Shown here: positions 56,600 through 64,000 of the stretch, in pieces
Numbering within the stretch: the stretch's first letter is position 1
Layout of the letters: every line of letters starts with the position of its first letter
Assembly: GCA_030037335.1 (NCBI GenBank)
Contig: JASHRN010000234.1
Coordinates: 19,371 to 83,370 of the forward strand
DNA: 64,000 nt
Direction of reading: 5' to 3'
From: Candidatus Acidiferrales bacterium
GTDB taxonomy: Bacteria; Acidobacteriota; Terriglobia; Acidiferrales; UBA7541
Made by a program: the position numbers and the translations under genes
Notes under the pieces: generated by a model
What the model saw: only the letters and a program-made list of their open reading frames with translations
Told to the model about the DNA's origin: nothing
Database searches by the model: none

Positions 56600-56670
56600 T
56601 CTCACGGGTAAGAAACTGAAAGTTGCGGCGACGCAAGGCGAGCGGCGACTTTCTTGTTTTTTGTGCAGAC

Positions 56671-56699
56671 TTGACAAACAGCCTTGAACTGTTTACTGT
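56671..56699 (+). promoter_or_regulatory. Sigma-70-type promoter of the GntR-ABC operon with an overlapping inverted repeat
   Basis: TTGACA (56671-76), 17-nt spacer, TACTGT (56694-99). The spacer contains ACAG-N7-CTGT. ATG at 56720. Confidence 0.5.
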
Positions 56700-56719
56700 A
56701 CTAGTTGAGTAGCACACCG

Positions 56720-57127
56720 ATGCTCTTTCGAATCCATCCCGACTCTGGGACACCGATTTACGTACAACTGATGGAGCAGGTGATGCACGCCATCGAAACG
56801 GGCGCGCTGCGCCCCGGCGAGCAGTTGCCGGCGATCCGCGCGTTGGCGGAAGACACGGTGACAAATCCCAACACTGTGGCGAAGGCGTACCGCGAACTGG
56901 AACACGAAGGGGTCATCGAGCTACGGCAGGGTCTGGGCGCCTACGTGCGAGCAGGTGTTTCTTCCGCTCGTGAGGCCGAGGCGATGAAGCAAGCGCATCG
57001 GGCGATGGGAGCGGCCGTTGCGGTCATGCGGAAGCTGCGATTATCGGAGGCGTCGATGCGCCGGGTCTTCGAAGCCGAGCTGACGCGCGATCAAGAGGTT
57101 CGCGAAGCAGTTTCTTTGAGGAGATAA
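56720..57127 (+). CDS. GntR-family (YtrA-like) transcriptional regulator
   Basis: Winged HTH: LPAIRALAEDTVTNPNTVAKAYRELEHEGVIELRQGLGAYV. Short C-terminal domain. Followed by ABC genes. Confidence 0.85.
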   Translation: MLFRIHPDSGTPIYVQLMEQVMHAIETGALRPGEQLPAIRALAEDTVTNPNTVAKAYRELEHEGVIELRQGLGAYVRAGVSSAREAEAMKQAHRAMGAAVAVMRKLRLSEASMRRVFEAELTRDQEVREAVSLRR

Positions 57128-57131
57128 CTTA

Positions 57132-58031
57132 GTGCATTCGGAACCGGCTGTTATTTCGGCTGAAGGGCTCAGGAAACGGCTGGGCAGCATTGATGCCGTT
57201 GCCGGCCTCGACCTCGCGGTGCCCCAAGGATCCATTTGCGGGTTCTTGGGCCGCAACGGCGCTGGAAAGACCACCACGATCAAGATGTTGATGGGCATGA
57301 CTCGCCCTGACGGCGGCGAGGGGCGAATCTTCGGGGAGCCGATCGACCACGAAGTTGCCAGCGTGCGCATCCGGCAAAAGACCGGCTTCGTCGCCGAGGT
57401 TAAGGAGTTCTATCCGTTCTTTACGGTTCAGCAGATGATCGACTTCACCCGCGCCTTTTATCCTCAGTGGCGCAACGACTGGGAACGACGATGCTTGCGA
57501 GAATACGAATTGCCGCTCGAGCGGAAGGCAGGAAAACTCTCGAAGGGCATGGGTTCGAAACTGGCGCTGCTTCTGGCCTTCTCCCGCGGAGCCGAGCTGC
57601 TGATTCTCGATGAGCCCACCGATGGTCTCGATCCCATTGCGATTGAGGCATTCCTGCAACATGTAGTGGCGCTTGCTGGCGAAGGGCAAACCATTTTCTT
57701 TTCCTCTCACCAGTTGCAGGAGGTCGAGCAGGTTTGCGACAGGGTTTGCCTGATTGACCGCGGCAAGGCCGTTCTCGAAACCGATCTCGATGAAGCAAAA
57801 ACGAGGTTTCGCAAGGTATCGATCACCTTTCCCGATGCCGTTCCCGAGCGCCTCTTCGAGGGAACAGGCGTCGGGCGGCTGAAAGTACGCGGCCGCTCCG
57901 CCTCGCTCCTGGTGAACGGCGACGTTGAGGCCGTCGCCGCGCGGGCGCGGCAGGCCGGCGCCACAGAAGTCGATTTCGCACCAGTCAGCCTGAAAGAAAT
58001 TTTCCTGGAAACAGTGGGAGGAGAGCAATGA
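57132..58031 (+). CDS. ABC transporter ATP-binding protein
   Basis: 299 aa, GTG start. Walker A GRNGAGKTTT, signature LSKGMGSKL, Walker B LLILDEPTDGLD. Confidence 0.9.
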   Translation: MHSEPAVISAEGLRKRLGSIDAVAGLDLAVPQGSICGFLGRNGAGKTTTIKMLMGMTRPDGGEGRIFGEPIDHEVASVRIRQKTGFVAEVKEFYPFFTVQQMIDFTRAFYPQWRNDWERRCLREYELPLERKAGKLSKGMGSKLALLLAFSRGAELLILDEPTDGLDPIAIEAFLQHVVALAGEGQTIFFSSHQLQEVEQVCDRVCLIDRGKAVLETDLDEAKTRFRKVSITFPDAVPERLFEGTGVGRLKVRGRSASLLVNGDVEAVAARARQAGATEVDFAPVSLKEIFLETVGGEQ

Positions 58032-58744
58032 TTGCCGCAATTTGGAGAAAACACTGGATGGAACTTTGGAAACGCTTGGTTTTCTTCACAGCCGCGGAGC
58101 TCCTTGCTGGGATAGCCTCCTCGGTCGAATTAACCGCCTTTCACGGACACGGACCCCGTCAGGCCCACGCTCTTCTCCTTGCTTTTCTCCTCGGTTTTCT
58201 CGCTATGTTCTCCGCCATCGCCATCGTAGTATTTCCCGGGCAGCTTGGCGGTACAGGGCTTAACACCACCAGGGGCCTCCATACGCAAACCGGCCCCGAC
58301 CCGTCACTTCTCTTCACGCTGTCGCTCCCGATTCGAAGGCGCGTTCTATTTCTCTATCGATCTGCCTTTGGATTATTGGCGATAGAAGCCGCGGTAGCCG
58401 TCGCGTTGGGAATCGATTGCTTGCTCCTTGCGCACTCAGGCGTGCCATGGCACATGCTTGTACCCGCGCTATGGGTTTTGCCCGCCCTTGCGCCGTTCTA
58501 TTTTCTGGATAGCTTCTTATTGATGTGGTTCAGTGAGGGGACGATAGTGGTGATACAGGCGCTCGTCGTCGCACTTCTTATCGTCGCGCTGGCATTGCTC
58601 TACCGCGTCTACTTCCACGCGGGGAAAATGGCCGGGATTGCTCTGGGACACTTCGCTCCGCTCCTCGGCGTGCTGGCCGCGTGCCTGCTCTCCACGGCTT
58701 TTGCTGCAACCACGGTCTGGTGCCTAGATCGGCGGAATTACTGA
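58028..58744 (+). CDS. ABC-2-type-like membrane protein (hypothetical permease)
   Basis: 238 aa, about 6 TM segments. 4-nt overlap with the ATPase gene. Confidence 0.55.
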   Translation: MIAAIWRKHWMELWKRLVFFTAAELLAGIASSVELTAFHGHGPRQAHALLLAFLLGFLAMFSAIAIVVFPGQLGGTGLNTTRGLHTQTGPDPSLLFTLSLPIRRRVLFLYRSAFGLLAIEAAVAVALGIDCLLLAHSGVPWHMLVPALWVLPALAPFYFLDSFLLMWFSEGTIVVIQALVVALLIVALALLYRVYFHAGKMAGIALGHFAPLLGVLAACLLSTAFAATTVWCLDRRNY

Positions 58745-58762
58745 TGCACCCCGAAGCCGAAA

Positions 58763-58784
58763 AGGAGAAGCGACAACTTCTCCT
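58763..58784 (+). terminator. Candidate terminator hairpin after the ABC operon (no U-tract)
   Basis: Perfect 8-bp stem AGGAGAAG-cgacaa-CTTCTCCT, 19 nt after the stop. No downstream T-run. Confidence 0.3.
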
Positions 58785-58944
58785 ACCTGAAGATTAGTGC
58801 TTGTGTTGAGCGTGGCTAGCTGAAAATAGTAGTTCCTGAGCACGAATTACCGAGCGCGGAATCCTGCACCTACTCGATTCTATTCGCGTCAGCTAAATTC
58901 CAACACTTGACAAAATCTCAGATTAGATATATTCCAAATAGTTC

Positions 58945-59370
58945 ATGGATGGCGAGGCGATAAAACGGTCGCTGGAGGAGAGGGGATTGCGGTGCACTCC
59001 GCAGCGCTATGCAGTGATGGCGTTTTTGATGGAGCAGAACAGCCATCCTACAGCTGCGGAGACGTTCGAGGCGGTGAATCGCGTCGATCCGCGTTCGTCC
59101 CGTGCCACGACCTACAACAATCTGCGAGACTTGGTGAAGGCGGGATTGGTGCGTGAAGTGGCTGTTGAGGGCCGGGCTGCGCGATACGATGCGCAAGGTG
59201 TGCGGCATCACCACTTCATTTGCGACCGCTGCGGCGAGGTTGAGGATGTGGACTGGTACGAAGTCCGGAAGCCTGCATCGAGGGCACTTGGCAAGCGGTA
59301 CGTTCGCGAATGCGAAGTTATTTTTCGCGGGCTTTGCGCGAGGTGTGCAAGGCGGCGCAGTTCCCGGTAA
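58945..59370 (+). CDS. Fur-family regulator (PerR-like by context)
   Basis: 141 aa. Winged helix. HHHFICDRCGEVEDV and CARC zinc motifs. Immediately upstream of katG. Confidence 0.8.
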   Translation: MDGEAIKRSLEERGLRCTPQRYAVMAFLMEQNSHPTAAETFEAVNRVDPRSSRATTYNNLRDLVKAGLVREVAVEGRAARYDAQGVRHHHFICDRCGEVEDVDWYEVRKPASRALGKRYVRECEVIFRGLCARCARRRSSR

Positions 59371-59448
59371 GCGTCACAGCCATTCGCGGGGTTTTTTGTT
59401 GGTAGTTCTGTTTGATCGCAATTATTTTGATTATTCCAAGGAGCATGA

Positions 59449-61668
<2,220 letters not shown>

Positions 61669-62098
61669 CCGCCATCTGCGCAGGCGGCGGCTGGGTTTCG
61701 GGATGACAACGTTAGGCAAATGTGACGGCTGCGCGAAGAAGATGCCGCAGAACTTCGTAGAAGGCAGAGAAGCTCGAGGCAAGATTCTTCGCTTCGCTCA
61801 GAATGACAACAAGAATTATGTAATGGCGACTTCTTCGTAGGCGGCGGAGACGGCGCGCAGGAGTTCGGGCCGACCATGGTGGACCCCATCCTTCGCAACA
61901 ACGGCGAAGGATGGGGCACCCGCAAAGGCAAAATGCAGATTCCTCGTCGCGAAGAACGCTCCTCGGAATGACAGAAAAAACGGAAGCAGGCCCTCACCTT
62001 CATCGCGCAAACCCGGCGCGCCGGGTTCGGGATGACAGAAAACGTCAGGTGATGGCGACTTCTTCGTAGGCGCCGAAGACGGCGCGCGTGTATGACGT
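61669..62098. repeat. Repeat mosaic between the convergent katG and mutase genes
   Basis: Two pseudo-copies of the mutase 3' end (61816-61866, 62045-62098). Four TC(G/A)G(G/A)ATGACA motifs (61698, 61798, 61963, 62027). A 13-bp perfect hairpin (61884-61916). An 18-nt palindrome AACCCGGCGCGCCGGGTT (62010-62027). Confidence 0.85.
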
Positions 62099-63811
62099 CT
62101 AGGTAATCGCAACTTCCTCGTACGCCCCAAACACATCCCTCAAGCAGTCGCAGATTTCGCCGAGGGTGGCGTAGGTTTTGACGGCTTCGTAGATGAAGGG
62201 CATGAGGTTTTCGGAGCCTTCGGCGGCTTTGCGAAGAGCGTTCAGGCGGCGGTCGACTTCGGCGGAGGAGCGGTCGGCGCGGAGCTTTGAGAGGCGCGCG
62301 GCCTGGCGATGCGCGACGGTTTCGTCGATTTGCAGAATGTCGATGGGCTTTTCTTCGGCGATGAAATCGTTGACGCCGACGATGATTTTTTCCTTGCGGT
62401 CAACTTCCACCTGATAGCGATAGGCGGCTTCGGCGATTTCACGTTGAGGATAGGAGCGTTCGATGGCGTCGACCATGCCGCCGAGGGCGTCGATTTTTTC
62501 GATGTAGTCCCAGGCGCCGCGCTCGACGTCGTCGGTGAGTTTTTCGACGAAATATGAGCCGCCGAGAGGATCGACGGTGTTGGTGACGCCGCTTTCGTGG
62601 GCGATGATTTGCTGGGTGCGGAGCGCGATGGTGGCGGCAAATTCGGTGGGGAGCGCCCAGGCTTCGTCGAGAGAATTCGTGTGGAGAGATTGCGTGCCGC
62701 CCATGACCGCGGCGAGGGCTTGCAGCGCGGTGCGGACGACGTTGTTGTAAGGCTGCTGCGCGGTGAGAGAGCAGCCCGCGGTTTGCGTGTGGAAGCGCAG
62801 CGCCCAGGAGCGAGGATTTTTTGCACCGAAGCGTTCGCGCATGACCTTGTACCAGATGCGGCGGGCGGCGCGATATTTGGCGATTTCTTCGAAGAAGTCG
62901 CTGTGAGCGTTGAAGAAAAATGAAAGGTGGGGCGCGAAATCGTCGACATCGAGACCGCGGCGAATGGCCCAGTCGACGTATTCGATGCCGTCGCGAAGAG
63001 TGAAGGCGAGTTCCTGAATGGCAGTGGAACCGGCTTCACGAATGTGGTAGCCGCTGATGGAAATAACGTTGAATTTGGGAGTTTGGCGCGCGCCGAATTC
63101 GAACGTGTCGATGACGAGGCGCATCGAAGGGCCGGGCGGGTAAATGTATTCCTTCTGTGCGATGTATTCCTTGAGGATGTCGTTTTGAATTGTGCCGCCG
63201 ATGGTTTTCCAGTCGGCGCCTTGCTTTTCGGCAACGGCGAGGTACATGGCCCAGACAACAGCGGCGGGAGAATTGATGGTCATCGAAGTGGTGACGTTGG
63301 CGAGCGGAATTTGATCGAAGAGGACTTCCATGTCGGCGAGCGAGCTGATGGCGACGCCGCATTTGCCGACTTCGCCTTCGGAGAGAGCGTGGTCAGCGTC
63401 GTAGCCCATGAGAGTTGGAAGGTCGAAGGCGACGGAAAGGCCGGTCTGTCCCTGCGAGAGCAAATAGCGGGAGCGCTGGTTGGTGTCTTCGGCGGTGCCG
63501 AAGCCAGCGAACTGGCGCATGGTCCAGAGGCGTCCGCGATACATCGTGGGATGAATACCGCGCGTGTAAGGAGGCTGGCCGGGGTAGCCGAGATTTTTTT
63601 CAGGCGACCAGTCGGCGAGATCGGCAGGGGTGTAAAGGCGATTGATGGGGAAGTCGGAGATGGTGGTGAATTTTGCGGCGCGTTCGGGAGATTTTGTGAG
63701 CGTGGGCTCGAGGACTTTTTGCTGCCATTCGAGTTCGGCGGGAGAGGGCTTGCGGTGCGATTCGGGATCGGCACTTGTGGTGACGGACGACGTGCGATTT
63801 TCCTTGGTCAT
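62099..63811 (-). CDS. Methylmalonyl-CoA mutase-family catalytic (large) subunit
   Basis: Start ATG 63811 with GGGAG upstream; the ORF-track start 63952 is unlikely. 570 aa. MM_CoA_mutase pattern ([25 protein letters not shown]). No fused B12 domain. Confidence 0.85.
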   Translation of the reverse strand: MTKENRTSSVTTSADPESHRKPSPAELEWQQKVLEPTLTKSPERAAKFTTISDFPINRLYTPADLADWSPEKNLGYPGQPPYTRGIHPTMYRGRLWTMRQFAGFGTAEDTNQRSRYLLSQGQTGLSVAFDLPTLMGYDADHALSEGEVGKCGVAISSLADMEVLFDQIPLANVTTSMTINSPAAVVWAMYLAVAEKQGADWKTIGGTIQNDILKEYIAQKEYIYPPGPSMRLVIDTFEFGARQTPKFNVISISGYHIREAGSTAIQELAFTLRDGIEYVDWAIRRGLDVDDFAPHLSFFFNAHSDFFEEIAKYRAARRIWYKVMRERFGAKNPRSWALRFHTQTAGCSLTAQQPYNNVVRTALQALAAVMGGTQSLHTNSLDEAWALPTEFAATIALRTQQIIAHESGVTNTVDPLGGSYFVEKLTDDVERGAWDYIEKIDALGGMVDAIERSYPQREIAEAAYRYQVEVDRKEKIIVGVNDFIAEEKPIDILQIDETVAHRQAARLSKLRADRSSAEVDRRLNALRKAAEGSENLMPFIYEAVKTYATLGEICDCLRDVFGAYEEVAIT

Positions 63812-64000
63812 AAATGGCTCCCGAAAACGCAGAAGCGAAAATGTGACGTACATTTCATTGTAGGGCAATGGGCGAAGAGGGACAAGAGCGCACAACATTA
63901 CGGCAATAGAGCGCAAAACATCGCGCGGATAAAGCGCCCCGATTGACAGCATCGGGGCAGGCGCGAAAGGAGGAAGTACATCACGAATTTGTTATGTCAC

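Noticed and set aside
63853-63875. A solo TTGTAGGGC upstream of the mutase gene as a further REP copy.
   Set aside because: Only the GTAGGGC head matches. No complementary arm follows, so there is no hairpin. It is too short to distinguish from chance.

Overview
64 kb chromosomal window, roughly 58% GC by hand count on sample lines, densely coding. The gene content suggests a soil diderm, probably Acidobacteriota-like. That guess rests on a 1323-aa TonB-dependent receptor with a carboxypeptidase-regulatory-like N-terminus, sigma-54 regulators and split B12 mutase genes, and is not proven. All product calls come from motifs I could read in the supplied translations; no database search was run.

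Layout:
- 0-16.6 kb: a large type IV pilus (T4P) region in two parts.
  - Module 1: pilC, a PilS/PilR-like sigma-54 two-component pair, a REP-associated tyrosine transposase (RAYT) with its REP hairpins, two tandem pilin paralogues each with its own -24/-12 promoter, a LolA-like gene and a polytopic membrane protein.
  - Module 2: GspF-like, PilB/GspE-like ATPase, PilM, PilN, PilO, a PilP-like protein and a Gln/Ser-rich pseudopilin-like protein. No secretin or major pilin is present.
- 16.6-38.9 kb: housekeeping genes. These include a HAD hydrolase, an O-methyltransferase, thrC, alaX, tRNA-Ala(CGC), the TonB-dependent receptor, a deoxyhypusine-synthase-like gene, a NiCoT transporter, an LMF1-like gene, an EVE-domain gene, S9, S41 and M28 peptidases, tatA/tatC, aroB and ubiE.
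- 38.9-43.4 kb: a minus-strand operon of pilD, a histidine kinase, a secreted coiled-coil protein and a sigma-54 response regulator.
- 43.5-55.3 kb: hutH, a thioesterase, leucine-catabolism genes, a GNAT, a B12-binding subunit, DUF169, an alpha/beta hydrolase interrupted by an in-frame TGA, and a D-aminoacylase.
- 55.3-64 kb: a repeat-rich 685-bp intergenic region, a TMEM175-like channel, a GntR-ABC operon, fur/perR-katG, a 430-bp repeat mosaic, and the methylmalonyl-CoA mutase catalytic subunit.

Most interesting observations:
1. The RAYT/REP system sits inside the pilus locus, and every pilin gene is bracketed by REP doublets.
2. The second pilus-like module is secretin-less and ends in a low-complexity pseudopilin.
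3. Two fossil copies of the mutase 3' end lie downstream of the gene. They differ from it only at synonymous positions and use three different stop codons.
4. Two intergenic regions are built from heptamer arrays and short motif repeats.

I see no clear-cut defence island or prophage.
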